From the IMG/VR virus record IMGVR_UViG_3300010413_000034, positions 1 through 58,221 of that record: DNA of 58,221 bases, one strand, 5' to 3'. A program made the position numbers and the translations under genes. Shown piece by piece: positions 31,001 through 39,820 of the stretch (position 1 is the stretch's first letter; the number at the start of each line of letters is the position of its first letter). Under the pieces are notes generated by a model, which saw nothing but the letters and a program-made list of their open reading frames with translations, was not told the origin of the DNA and did no database searches. Source of the stretch: a virus. Lineage: Duplodnaviria > Caudoviricetes.

Positions 31001-34000
31001 TAAAGTAGTGGCTAATCTATCTTGTGTAGTTTTTAAATCCTCTCCAAATTGGTTAGTTAGAGTAGCTAAATTAGATAAACCAACTGCTGCTTGTGATCCT
31101 GAAGCTACTGCTATCTTATTAATAGCTAATAATCCTGCTTGAAATTTAGCTAATGAATCTTCTTCACCTAATTTTGCTATGTTTTCTCTTAGCTCCTTCA
31201 TTGCATCAGAAAATTCAGATACAGAATCTAATGATGAAGATAATTGATTTTGTATATCTAATTTTAATGATTCTTTGTTTAATAATCTAATTGCCTCTAT
31301 AGCTTCGTCTGCTTTTTCTAAATTGTCTTTTCCTACAGCTTCTTGTTTTTCTGCAGCTTTTTCTCGAAGTTCTAAATCTAATTGTGCTGCTTTTGTTAAT
31401 CTTAAACCGGCAGCTAAATTAGCTAAAATAGATTTTCTTTCTATATCTGCTTTTTTTATTGTTGCTGCCAATTCTGTTTCAACTATGGCTAATCCACCTT
31501 CTCTCGCGGCGTTTACTTGCTTTGCTAATTGTAAAATAAGTTGGTTATATTTAACCGCAGCTTCCCCTTTAATATCTCCCCTTTGTAAAGCTTCAGATAC
31601 TTCTAAAATTTGTCTTTCAGCAATTGCTTGCTTTAATAAAAATTCTCTATCTAATCTATCATCCATAAGAGAATTAAATTCTCTTAAATATTCCTGCTCT
31701 ATTTTATAAGATTTAATAGTGTCTTCTATATTAATTATATCCGCAGCTACACCTTCTGCAGTCACCGGAACGCGAACAGATAATTTAGTAGATTCTATTG
31801 ATGACTGCAATGCCTCTATTAACTTCTCTTTTGTATCCTCAGCAGCAAAAGAAATATTTTTTAACCTATCTTCTATTATAGATAATACTTCAATACTAGA
31901 TTTTTGTGCTATTATACCAAGACCTTCTGATTTAGCTACATTATCTAATTCTTGCATAAGATCTTTTATTTCACTAATTCTAGATTGATCTAGTTTTAGC
32001 AAGTCTTCTTGTAGGGATTTTTCTAATAATAATTTTTCTCTTCTGGAAGTTTCTAACTGAGATCTAGCCCTATTTATGTCATCAATAGTAGATGCACTAT
32101 CTTGTAATATTTTATTATTTTCATTTATAGTTTCTTTTGTCTGTGCATATAATCGTGTATTATATGAATGTTGTGCATTAAATAAATCTTCTTCTATTTT
32201 TCTAGTGATATTTAGTAATTTTATTCTTTCTTGTAAGTCTAAGTTTGGGTTTAATTTCTTAAGATTTAATGAATTAATAGCTTTATTATAATTTTTTTGT
32301 GCATTTATTAGATTTTCATATATTGATATAGAACTACCCAATTTTTCATTAACATCTTCTACAGCTATCCCAATAATCTTTTGTAGAGCTTTCATAAATG
32401 CTAATAAGTCTTCGAAAGATTCTCTTACTTCATTATATCTTTCACTCCATTCAATAACATTTTTAACTCCAGCTTCTGCAAATATAGCATCACGTCTAAG
32501 TTTAGCATTATCTCCTTCTCTTACATCAATTGCGTTTATCTTATCTCGTAATGCTTGAAATCTAGCCCATTCTATTGATGCTGCTGAAAGTTCATCTGTA
32601 GTTTTCTTTAATTGTCCACCTAATTCACCTAATACACTTATTTCCTTATCTAAATTGAGAGCTTTAGCTTGTGATTCAGATAACCTATCATATCCACTTG
32701 CTAACAACTGCACACTAGTAATATTATCTTCTAATGAATTTACTATATCAGATAAATTGGTTATATCTAAGAATAAATTTTCTACCTTATCTAAATTACT
32801 TAATCCTACTATGTAGTCTGAAGTTGATTTCTGAAGATCATCAAAAGATTGACCTATTTGTTCAGTTCCATATAAGAGTTCACTTGTGCTTTTTTGCCCC
32901 TTAGTTCCTAATTTTTCTAATTCAGCACCTAATCTTTCTAATTCTTTTGTAGTTAGTGCACTAACTGTAGTAAAATTATCAAAAGACTTTAATAATTGTG
33001 CTATTTCAGGGCCTAATCCACTACGCCTAAAAGCACTTAGAGCTTGCTCTACTTGTTTTCTATAATTAACTAAATCTCCAGCTAGTCCAAAAGAAAGACC
33101 TGCAACTAGTTCATCTATAGTTCCGAAACCATCGGAACTTTTTAATGCTGTATTTAAAGAATCTAAGGTATTAGTGATTTCAGTTAAAATATTTTTCTGG
33201 GCTGTTAATTTTTTATTTGTATTATCCAAAGTAGCTGGTAAATTTGATAGATTTTTCTCATAATTGACTATAGTTTTATTTATTGTTTTCATGGTTTCAG
33301 AGCTCTCATCTAAAACCTTATTAAATTCTTCTGATTCTTCACTTATTAAGCCTAGCCACCTAGCTGCAGTACTTAGAGCTCCACCAAAAACTTCCCAGGC
33401 TATCATCAAAGTTCCAACTACAGGAATTAATTTAAATACACCTCTTAACACACTACCAAAAGCCCCAGATAATTTTAATAAAGCTAAGCTAAGAGCCTGC
33501 GTGGTTTTCCCAACTATAATTTGATCTCTAGCCACTTCTTTAAATTTTATACTTAGACTATTTGCTGCAGAGGCTACATTAGACAAGCCTCCTTGAAGAC
33601 CGGCAAAAAATCCTGTAGATAATCCAGCTTTAACACTTGTAGTAAATATAGCTACACTTCTTGCTGATTTAGTCATACTCGCTGAAATAGTAGCTCCAAA
33701 TAAAGTATATTTTTCTGTAGCTATCCCAAGAGCTGCACCAGCTTTTGATCTTATATCTTGTAATTCTACTATAGTTTTTCTTAGTTCTGGTGTAAGTTTT
33801 TGATTAGAATTAGCAATATCCTTTAAACTTTGATCAGCAGCTTCAAAAGCTCTTTGAACTTTTTCTTCACTATCAATAAAATCTCCAGAAAAAATACTTC
33901 CCAGATTTTTTGTTATAGCTTCTGCTTCATCACTTGATATTTCTGATAATATTTGTAATGGTTCAGCTATAAAATGTATAGCTTCATCAAAATTAATATC

Positions 34001-35062
34001 TTTAAATGTTTCAACAAAATCTTTTGCTATTAAGTCTCCAAATAAATCTACATTTAATTTAGAGAATTTCTGATCTACAACATTTTCTATAGTATTACCT
34101 AGAGCATTTATAGCTGGTATAGCCGCCTGCAAAACCTTATTAGAAAATAATACTATAGCACCAGTTAATGCAATTGTATTCTCTGCAAAAAAAGATAAAA
34201 ATCCACCTATTGGTATATTTACTAATTCAATTAATTGTGTAGCTATAGTTTGAAAATTTGCGGCAAGTACACTATATTGATTTACCGGAATATCTCCAAA
34301 TTCCTCAAATTTTTCGTTTCCTTGAGCTAAAACTTCATTTACTATAGCTTGCTGTTTTTCAAATGTAGTTAATTCTTTTGCTGTTTTACCTAATTCTGCT
34401 GCATATTTTTTAGTTGCTGGTTCTAATCTAAGTATAATACCTAATTCGTCTAATAATTCTGGTTCTGCTTTAATAGCACCCCTAAAAACACGGTTCAAAG
34501 AATCAGTTAAGTCTCTACCTAGTGCTACAGAAGCATTTCGAGAAACTTGAGTTAGTTGTTCTATAGTAGAATTATCGAAACCAGCAGAGGCAGCTATAGA
34601 AGCACTTTGTAATGCTTCTTTCATATTAATTGCACCACCAGTAATTTCTCTCATATTTTTAGCTAAACCTATTAGAGATCGTCCTGTTTGAGTAGCTAGA
34701 GTTTCTGCGGATTCAATTAATATAGTAAAATCGGCAGCCCTTTCAAGAGCGCCGAATGCAGCAGTTAAGGCAAAAACATTAGCAGCTACTGTAGCATATG
34801 CTGGGACAAGTGTGCCCTGCATACCTTGAGCCATTTTTGAAAATGCCTTGGTAGAGTTGTTAGTTGCGTTAGCAGCACCTTTTTGGTTCCTATCATATTC
34901 GCCAATAGTTTTGCTAGCGGTTCTATGTCCTTTTGTAACCTTGTCTTGTGCTACAGTTTGTTTATTTAGAGTATCAGATAATACTCTTAATTGTGCTGTA
35001 GTTTGTGCAAGATTTTCTGCAATTACTTTTAAAACATATGTTTGTGTAATCTTTTTTGCCAT
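28037..35062 (-). CDS. tape measure protein (2341 aa)
   Basis: Follows the chaperones. AFSKMAQG...PAYATVAANVFALTAAF, AEPELLDELGI, long Ala/Leu helical body, C-terminal FASGT...MIHKGETILP. Confidence 0.92.
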   Translation of the reverse strand: MAKKITQTYVLKVIAENLAQTTAQLRVLSDTLNKQTVAQDKVTKGHRTASKTIGEYDRNQKGAANATNNSTKAFSKMAQGMQGTLVPAYATVAANVFALTAAFGALERAADFTILIESAETLATQTGRSLIGLAKNMREITGGAINMKEALQSASIAASAGFDNSTIEQLTQVSRNASVALGRDLTDSLNRVFRGAIKAEPELLDELGIILRLEPATKKYAAELGKTAKELTTFEKQQAIVNEVLAQGNEKFEEFGDIPVNQYSVLAANFQTIATQLIELVNIPIGGFLSFFAENTIALTGAIVLFSNKVLQAAIPAINALGNTIENVVDQKFSKLNVDLFGDLIAKDFVETFKDINFDEAIHFIAEPLQILSEISSDEAEAITKNLGSIFSGDFIDSEEKVQRAFEAADQSLKDIANSNQKLTPELRKTIVELQDIRSKAGAALGIATEKYTLFGATISASMTKSARSVAIFTTSVKAGLSTGFFAGLQGGLSNVASAANSLSIKFKEVARDQIIVGKTTQALSLALLKLSGAFGSVLRGVFKLIPVVGTLMIAWEVFGGALSTAARWLGLISEESEEFNKVLDESSETMKTINKTIVNYEKNLSNLPATLDNTNKKLTAQKNILTEITNTLDSLNTALKSSDGFGTIDELVAGLSFGLAGDLVNYRKQVEQALSAFRRSGLGPEIAQLLKSFDNFTTVSALTTKELERLGAELEKLGTKGQKSTSELLYGTEQIGQSFDDLQKSTSDYIVGLSNLDKVENLFLDITNLSDIVNSLEDNITSVQLLASGYDRLSESQAKALNLDKEISVLGELGGQLKKTTDELSAASIEWARFQALRDKINAIDVREGDNAKLRRDAIFAEAGVKNVIEWSERYNEVRESFEDLLAFMKALQKIIGIAVEDVNEKLGSSISIYENLINAQKNYNKAINSLNLKKLNPNLDLQERIKLLNITRKIEEDLFNAQHSYNTRLYAQTKETINENNKILQDSASTIDDINRARSQLETSRREKLLLEKSLQEDLLKLDQSRISEIKDLMQELDNVAKSEGLGIIAQKSSIEVLSIIEDRLKNISFAAEDTKEKLIEALQSSIESTKLSVRVPVTAEGVAADIINIEDTIKSYKIEQEYLREFNSLMDDRLDREFLLKQAIAERQILEVSEALQRGDIKGEAAVKYNQLILQLAKQVNAAREGGLAIVETELAATIKKADIERKSILANLAAGLRLTKAAQLDLELREKAAEKQEAVGKDNLEKADEAIEAIRLLNKESLKLDIQNQLSSSLDSVSEFSDAMKELRENIAKLGEEDSLAKFQAGLLAINKIAVASGSQAAVGLSNLATLTNQFGEDLKTTQDRLATTLEFASGAMGSIAQALGEGSKAAEILKVAQTGLALVSAVNAVLTQGEGDPFSAFARMAAMASAAAALLSQIGVSFGSSGISGAGAGDRYRENIGTQGLYGIDLQTNSLVDSIDSLVEIDTELFSANRDLQLAIIELSNTFKSLGAASFKAGGSFETLDVADFFGVSFNSGGSSDFFGLGSTSKTRELISAGYELGAAITFVGDEIIASAEEARAFLVLQVTKTKSGVFGIGSKTKVRLEESFKDLPADVARELQSSLDNTTTVITGLISSFGSAVEVDLVELFSSLGTINIDPIRIDLVGKSAEEQADAIAAFFSNLSNEVIGTALPFLTKFSQAGEELTDTLIRLTEQTLNISDIFSSINLDLSDVAKVTGSEQLKLEILASWQEAFTSSFKDFDELDQLFEDFASSIFSEAELTELALERARGIVSVGFSELRTELANAGREDLLSTLADDTSESLRAFYDLALATDTFTARVNTATGEIDTSGADLLAIVIQLGAALKAAEETAEELTSRAEELNLQYTRQIELFGLLGKELDLLALEFDFQDAIQEAIDEGADITLVEKIFGLERLKIIKDYNQEALDEIKSATIDLQKATNSFLSSFDQWNDVIFLGIKLEKLSKSLQTGLGSIASGIDFSVFSNLNDVIDEETFLDTFEGLFTIFDSVPTNITEQIDLVLELKDAVIERYNIEQQEIQNTINRFKELSDSINEFLDELLVGDLSPLTNSERLAEASRQFYENIDGIFSTDTDISAAAADNLISSAETLLNIASEFFSISGYRDLFVSVTDALKQVDESLLDRINLSEEAVAINEQTDILSTLQLETIEKLQVLDSILYVLEEQQQATLVSDIEQLSELLIPHLDFITDKLQSLNDSTWVPILEVLRGLNSFASGTQEVDADQLAMIHKGETILPRKTAESIRSGESVLANSTNITNNTTTDSDNSDIINAIKILTDVVAVSQEDLLDQGKELIQVSRDRNKIRNPLASTAKIL

Positions 35063-35388
35063 TAAGGTGCCTTCTTAGTAGGCTTTTTCTGCCTTCTTTT
35101 TTGTTCTTCAGCTCTTTGTTGCATTACAATATTATTTATGATGTAAATAAATTGTAAAAACCTAGGAATGTCTTCTATTTCATAAGACTCTATTAGGTAG
35201 GGTAATAATGCATACTCTTTTCCCATATAAGTACCACTAAAACCTTCCCATCTATCTGGTAATACAGAATATACAGTAATAGCCATTTGTACTAAATATG
35301 GAAAATCTGCATAGTCTGCCGGTATTTCTTCTAATTTAGGTTCGGTACCTAACTGTTCACACATCATTAGGTACCGTTCCTTTGTCAT
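35062..35388 (-). CDS. tail assembly chaperone, C-terminal part (gpT-like, reached by -1 frameshift)
   Basis: MTKERYLMMCEQLG, LPDRWEGFSGTYMGK. The frame stays open upstream to the slippery site at 35454-35460. Confidence 0.85.
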   Translation of the reverse strand: MTKERYLMMCEQLGTEPKLEEIPADYADFPYLVQMAITVYSVLPDRWEGFSGTYMGKEYALLPYLIESYEIEDIPRFLQFIYIINNIVMQQRAEEQKRRQKKPTKKAP

Positions 35389-35438
35389 TTTTATACTAGA
35401 ATTACTATAAAAATCTGATAATTTTGCTTCTATTAATT

Positions 35439-35846
35439 CTAGTTGTTCTGAGTAAAATTTTCAACATCTTCCAACATTCTTGAAACCCAACTATCAAAAT
35501 CTGCCGAATTCTTCATAAGAGTTTCTGCATTTTCCGCATCATATTCTAATAAATCATCGGGTTCTACTTCTGAGATATCCGTTGGTACCAATTTTGGAAG
35601 ATATTTATATTTTAATCCTCTCCAACCTTTAATTACTGCCTGTATATATAAAGATTGAAATAATTCGTTATCTACTTCTTCTTCAATCTGTCTTGTTTTT
35701 CTGCTGATTTTATTATTTACAGCTTTATTTCTTATTTTTACTAGTTCATCTCTTGTAAGATATGCTAGTTGTACTTCAAAACCAGGTAGTCCAGGATATT
35801 CTGCCCAGACTGTTTTACTTGGTACTATTAACTTGGCTAAGTTCAT
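35439..35846 (-). CDS. tail assembly chaperone (gpG-like)
   Basis: Between tail tube and TMP. YPGLPGFEV, IKGWRGL, FDSWV...LEDVENF. Strong AAGGAG SD. Confidence 0.88.
   Translation of the reverse strand: MNLAKLIVPSKTVWAEYPGLPGFEVQLAYLTRDELVKIRNKAVNNKISRKTRQIEEEVDNELFQSLYIQAVIKGWRGLKYKYLPKLVPTDISEVEPDDLLEYDAENAETLMKNSADFDSWVSRMLEDVENFTQNN
35454..35460 (-). other. -1 programmed ribosomal frameshift heptamer A AAU UUU
   Basis: In-frame GAA AAT TTT fits X XXY YYZ. The -1 frame reads YSEQLELIEAKLSDFYSNSSIK without a stop and runs into MTKERY. Confidence 0.85.
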
Positions 35847-35862
35847 TTGTTCTCCTTATTAT

Positions 35863-35888
35863 ATAGTGGGGAGCGTACTCCCCACTAT
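35863..35888 (-). terminator. stem-loop after the major tail gene (weak terminator or mRNA-stabilising hairpin)
   Basis: 11-bp stem atagtggggag / ctccccactat, UACG loop on the minus strand. No clear U-tract on the minus strand. Confidence 0.6.
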
Positions 35889-35897
35889 TTTACTTCA

Positions 35898-37304
35898 TTA
35901 TGCTGACTTATATTCTATAGTTAATTCATTTGTATCTTCAAAACTACCAGCACCTAGAGTATCGTCCCAAGGTTTAGCAGTAAATGAAATTTCAGTAGAA
36001 ATAATATCTTCAACATTAGTAGTAGGAACAGAAATATTCGCGTGTGGCATAATAAAGTCTACACGAGGAACGTCTGATGTTCCACCACCCATATGGAATT
36101 TAAGAGTATAGTCAGTTGTAACAGATTCTTCTATTTTTGCTAATAAATCCTGTAATAGACCACCTGTACCAGTAGCACCAGTATTTAAATATGCAGTTAG
36201 AGAACCTGAGGTTACCCTATTTCCAGCGAAACCAGCTAGAGGTAAGTTAACAATAGCTAATTCTTCTGGTGTTAGATATGAAAAGTTATTTTCTAATGTT
36301 AATGTTGCACCAGTTATTGCCATATTGTATATTGTTCCGGCATTCTGTGATGCGCCGAATAAATCTAGTGTATCACCATCCCAAGTACTTACATCGTCTG
36401 CTGCAGCTATAGTTATTGTATTTGAACCCTGAACTACAGAAACTATTGTTGCCCAAGATGTTTCTGTAACATTATACGCTCTACCACCAACTAAGTCAGC
36501 TACCTGAGCAGCAGTTAATCCGGCCATAGTACCTACTGTAAGCGTCTGTCCAGATACAAGAGATACTACAGTATCATTCATTATAGGTGTATCAGTTGTA
36601 TTATCTATTAACTCTACAGTACTTAACTTATTACGTAAGAAAGTATTTGTAGTAGTTGCTGGTACGGCTTTATAATCTGTGCCAGATACAAAAGTTCCAC
36701 CTTCTCGTAACCATTCATGTACTTGCTGGTTTTCATTTACACGAGAACCAAAGCCTGTCCAGTTAATAGTAGCAATTCCATCGATACTAAAATCAACTTC
36801 TGCCCCAGATACATTAAAATCTTCTACGACATAAGTAGTATTTTCTAGTACGAAAAATAAAGTTAGAGACATTAACTGGTTAGTATTAGATTGTTTAAGT
36901 CCTAGTGTCATACTACCGGCGGTCTGTGCTTCTATACATTTGGTAGCACCAATAGTCATATCTGTCCCCATTGCAGATACCCATAAAGGTAATTCTACAC
37001 AGGTAGTCTTATTTGAATCGTTAGGGTCTGGGTAAGAGCGCACGTATGTACTCATAGATACGTCAACTGGATTAAGTGCAGTATTGAAAGCTAAAGTACC
37101 ACGTACAGGGGTTGTTCCTGCCTCATTAACACCTATTTCCTGCGATGTTGCATCCTGAGAAAATGAATATCCATCTAATACTTTTATTTCCCAGGTATTT
37201 GTAGTATTTGCATTTGCCTGATTAAATAATGTTCCACCACCTGATGTATCCATTACTAGAGTAGATGCAAATACTTTTGTATTTCTTGCTAAGCTTCTTG
37301 CCAT
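35898..37304 (-). CDS. major tail tube protein (T5 pb6-like)
   Basis: LARNTKVF, VLDGYSFSQ, FNTALNP, DFSIDGIATINWTG, ENNFSYLTPEEL..VN.P, GSLTAYL. Confidence 0.9.
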   Translation of the reverse strand: MARSLARNTKVFASTLVMDTSGGGTLFNQANANTTNTWEIKVLDGYSFSQDATSQEIGVNEAGTTPVRGTLAFNTALNPVDVSMSTYVRSYPDPNDSNKTTCVELPLWVSAMGTDMTIGATKCIEAQTAGSMTLGLKQSNTNQLMSLTLFFVLENTTYVVEDFNVSGAEVDFSIDGIATINWTGFGSRVNENQQVHEWLREGGTFVSGTDYKAVPATTTNTFLRNKLSTVELIDNTTDTPIMNDTVVSLVSGQTLTVGTMAGLTAAQVADLVGGRAYNVTETSWATIVSVVQGSNTITIAAADDVSTWDGDTLDLFGASQNAGTIYNMAITGATLTLENNFSYLTPEELAIVNLPLAGFAGNRVTSGSLTAYLNTGATGTGGLLQDLLAKIEESVTTDYTLKFHMGGGTSDVPRVDFIMPHANISVPTTNVEDIISTEISFTAKPWDDTLGAGSFEDTNELTIEYKSA

Positions 37305-37347
37305 TAGCTTTTTCTCCTATTATATGATCTAATACTGAGATTTTTAT

Positions 37348-37782
37348 CTATGATTGTAGATCATATGTTATTTGTAGTGTTATTTCTCCTATACCTTTAG
37401 GAGCTAATAATCCTTCGTCTGTATTTATTGATAATATTTTAATATCTTCTGTATAATTACCAGCAGAATATTCTAAATTTCCAGTATTATCAACTATAGT
37501 TTCTATATCTTCAAAAATTTTTTCTAATTCTATCTCTGGGTTTTCTTTTTCGACATATACTCTTATATAAATTATAAGGTTTGCCCATTTAAATCCTCCT
37601 GGTAGATAGTCTCTAGTTTCTGGTCCTGTATTTAAATAAACATATGGATAATCAGAAACCTCATCCCAAAATACTAATTTATTTTCCACATTAGTAAAAA
37701 GATTAGAAGTATATGGAGGATTACCATCAATTTCTTTTAGTTTTGTGACTAAGGCTTGTACTATTTGGCTTCTCTTTGACAT
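37348..37782 (-). CDS. tail terminator protein (T5 p142-like)
   Basis: SKRSQIVQAL, FWDEVSDYP, ETRDYLPGGFKW, SINTDEGLLAP.GIGEI. Confidence 0.88.
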   Translation of the reverse strand: MSKRSQIVQALVTKLKEIDGNPPYTSNLFTNVENKLVFWDEVSDYPYVYLNTGPETRDYLPGGFKWANLIIYIRVYVEKENPEIELEKIFEDIETIVDNTGNLEYSAGNYTEDIKILSINTDEGLLAPKGIGEITLQITYDLQS

Positions 37783-39158
37783 TATTGTAATTCCAGTAAA
37801 ATTCCAGGAAACTTTCTAGATAAAATTTGTAGTGCTAATTTTCTAATTGCACCTTCTATATATATTCTTGGATCTCTTATTTGCGTATGTAGCTTACCAC
37901 CAGGTAAAAATACATCATATGGATATCTTTGATATGTATATGATCCAACCAATAAACCAGATTGAGATCTCGTTAGAGTTAATAACTTTGCAGAATCAGA
38001 AAATCTACCTGTTTGATACCTTAATTTAGTTGGGGGATCATTTGCATCACCCATTTCTTCCTTTACTTTTAAAGCTAAGGCTTGATTAATTAATGACTGT
38101 ATACCAAATAAATTTATATCTTTGCTATAGAGTTCCTCATATTTTTTAAGTGGTGATATTTGTGGTAACGCTTTTCTTTGTTTATTATATTCAGCAGCCT
38201 TTTTACCTATTATAGGTTTTGATGTAGATACTTTTATACTTGTTTTCTTACTTCTCCTTACACCGCCAGATTTTTTCCCAATAATAGCGTTTGTTAGTAG
38301 TTCTTCTACATCATCTAAATATCCTGGTGATGATCTAATATTTGCAAACTTTTCTGGTCTTTTTTCTATTTCTTTAAGTAATGCAGAAGTTTGTCCATTC
38401 AAATAAGCCGATACCATAGTACCTACTTTTGAAGATAAAGCACCTTTAAAATTTCTATTAAAATTGGTATCTTCAAACTCTACTTCTACTCTAGCTTGTG
38501 CATCATTAAAAGAAACTATAGACTCTATTTCTATATTGGTATCTAAGAATAAACCATCTTCTAAATAATCTATAAATTCCGCTGCATCAGCATTTGTAAT
38601 ATTTTTACCATAAAATTTACCTATAAAATCTTTATATTTTGGATCATCCATTCTTAATTTATCAATTTCTTGAGTTAATAATCTAGCTTTTCTTATAACT
38701 TCTTTTTGTTTTCTTGATAAATTAGGCCAATTATCCTCTATTAATCTTAAATTTAGAGATACTGCTGAAATGTTTTTATGCCCTATATCATATTTCTCAC
38801 CGAAACTTGGGTCTATATTTTGTATCTCATCTTTAATATTTCTTAATTGAGTCCATGCAACAGGTAAATTACCTTCTCTCGCCGCCTTTATACCCTCTAT
38901 TTTAGGTCTAACATTAGCAGCTTCTGTAGGATCTAATTGTCCAGTTGCTAATATAGCTTCTGCCTCATGAATAAATTGATCTATAATTTTTAATTCTTCT
39001 ATATTTAAATCTATATAATGTATATAAGTTTTTTCAAGCGCTCTTCTAGTATCTTTCGCACTAGTTGCTTGCCTTTTCTTTATTCTAGCAACTATCTTTT
39101 CAAAAGCTTCATTTAAAGTTACAGCTTTTCCACCAGTAAATGTTCTTTTAATTGCCAT
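37782..39158 (-). CDS. tail completion protein (T5 p143-like) with long N-terminal extension
   Basis: C-terminal LRYQTGRFSDS, YTYQRYPYDVF.PGG, RDPR. Position between head completion and terminator genes. Confidence 0.78.
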   Translation of the reverse strand: MAIKRTFTGGKAVTLNEAFEKIVARIKKRQATSAKDTRRALEKTYIHYIDLNIEELKIIDQFIHEAEAILATGQLDPTEAANVRPKIEGIKAAREGNLPVAWTQLRNIKDEIQNIDPSFGEKYDIGHKNISAVSLNLRLIEDNWPNLSRKQKEVIRKARLLTQEIDKLRMDDPKYKDFIGKFYGKNITNADAAEFIDYLEDGLFLDTNIEIESIVSFNDAQARVEVEFEDTNFNRNFKGALSSKVGTMVSAYLNGQTSALLKEIEKRPEKFANIRSSPGYLDDVEELLTNAIIGKKSGGVRRSKKTSIKVSTSKPIIGKKAAEYNKQRKALPQISPLKKYEELYSKDINLFGIQSLINQALALKVKEEMGDANDPPTKLRYQTGRFSDSAKLLTLTRSQSGLLVGSYTYQRYPYDVFLPGGKLHTQIRDPRIYIEGAIRKLALQILSRKFPGILLELQ

Positions 39159-39733
39159 TATATATTAATATTCCTATAATATTCAAGAATTCTCTTTATA
39201 TGTGGTGGTAATTTTGCTGTATTATCAGTCATAATTACATTTTCTATTGAAGCTCCTTGCATTGCTTTTTTAGGGTTGTACTGCTCTTCTAAATAATATT
39301 CTACCATACTTGCGGCTGCCATTTCTAAATCATCCGGTATAGCGGAATATCCAGCTTTGTATTTTAACTCTAAACTATTTACATGAAATTGACTAGTAAC
39401 AAAGTTAGTAGTAGTTGATAATATTCTATCGTTTTCTAAGTCAATCATATAATCATCTGGAGTATCTAAAACTGTCCAAGTAGTTCCACCATCTGTTGTA
39501 GTTCTAACACTGGTTACTGAAATTAAGGGATATACTTTTGGATATATAACACTAAAATTTACACCGTCATGGTATTCTGTTTTATCTGATCCGTAATAGG
39601 CAATTAATTCTCTTCCTATATAATTAGAGATATAAGAATTTACTGCTGGTATAATAACTCCTAATTTTGAATCATTAGTAGTACTATTTATACCTTTTAA
39701 AGTTTTATATGTTGCTGAAGTGATTATATCCAT
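39158..39733 (-). CDS. head completion / head-tail connector (T5 p144-like)
   Basis: ISNYIGR, YPLISVTSV, LKYKAGYSAIPDDLEMAA, LPPHIKRILEYYR. Start moved to ATG 39733 because the track start (39772) lies inside the terminator hairpin. Confidence 0.85.
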   Translation of the reverse strand: MDIITSATYKTLKGINSTTNDSKLGVIIPAVNSYISNYIGRELIAYYGSDKTEYHDGVNFSVIYPKVYPLISVTSVRTTTDGGTTWTVLDTPDDYMIDLENDRILSTTTNFVTSQFHVNSLELKYKAGYSAIPDDLEMAAASMVEYYLEEQYNPKKAMQGASIENVIMTDNTAKLPPHIKRILEYYRNINI

Positions 39734-39743
39734 TCTATACCCT

Positions 39744-39773
39744 AAAAATGGTGGTGGGAAACTTCCCACCACC
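39744..39773 (-). terminator. intrinsic terminator after the major capsid gene
   Basis: ggtggtggga / tcccaccacc stem followed by ATTTTT on the minus strand. A second hairpin (gtaaactct / agagtttac) lies at 39796-39817. Confidence 0.8.
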
Positions 39774-39820
39774 TAAGCCAAATAAACAGCCAAGTGTAAA
39801 CTCTAAGAAGAGTTTACTTA

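Noticed and set aside
19596-35078. Numerous short + strand ORFs inside the tail-tip and TMP genes
   Set aside because: They lie fully antisense to well-supported genes and have low-complexity Ser/Leu/Ile translations.
37310-37347. TATAAT upstream of the tail tube gene (similar motif near 35855) as a late promoter
   Set aside because: It directly abuts the SD and has no -35 at 17 bp. More likely an AT-rich translational enhancer.
39734-39772. Track start giving the MVGSFPPPFLGYR extension
   Set aside because: It lies within the terminator hairpin. ATG 39733 is the more plausible start.
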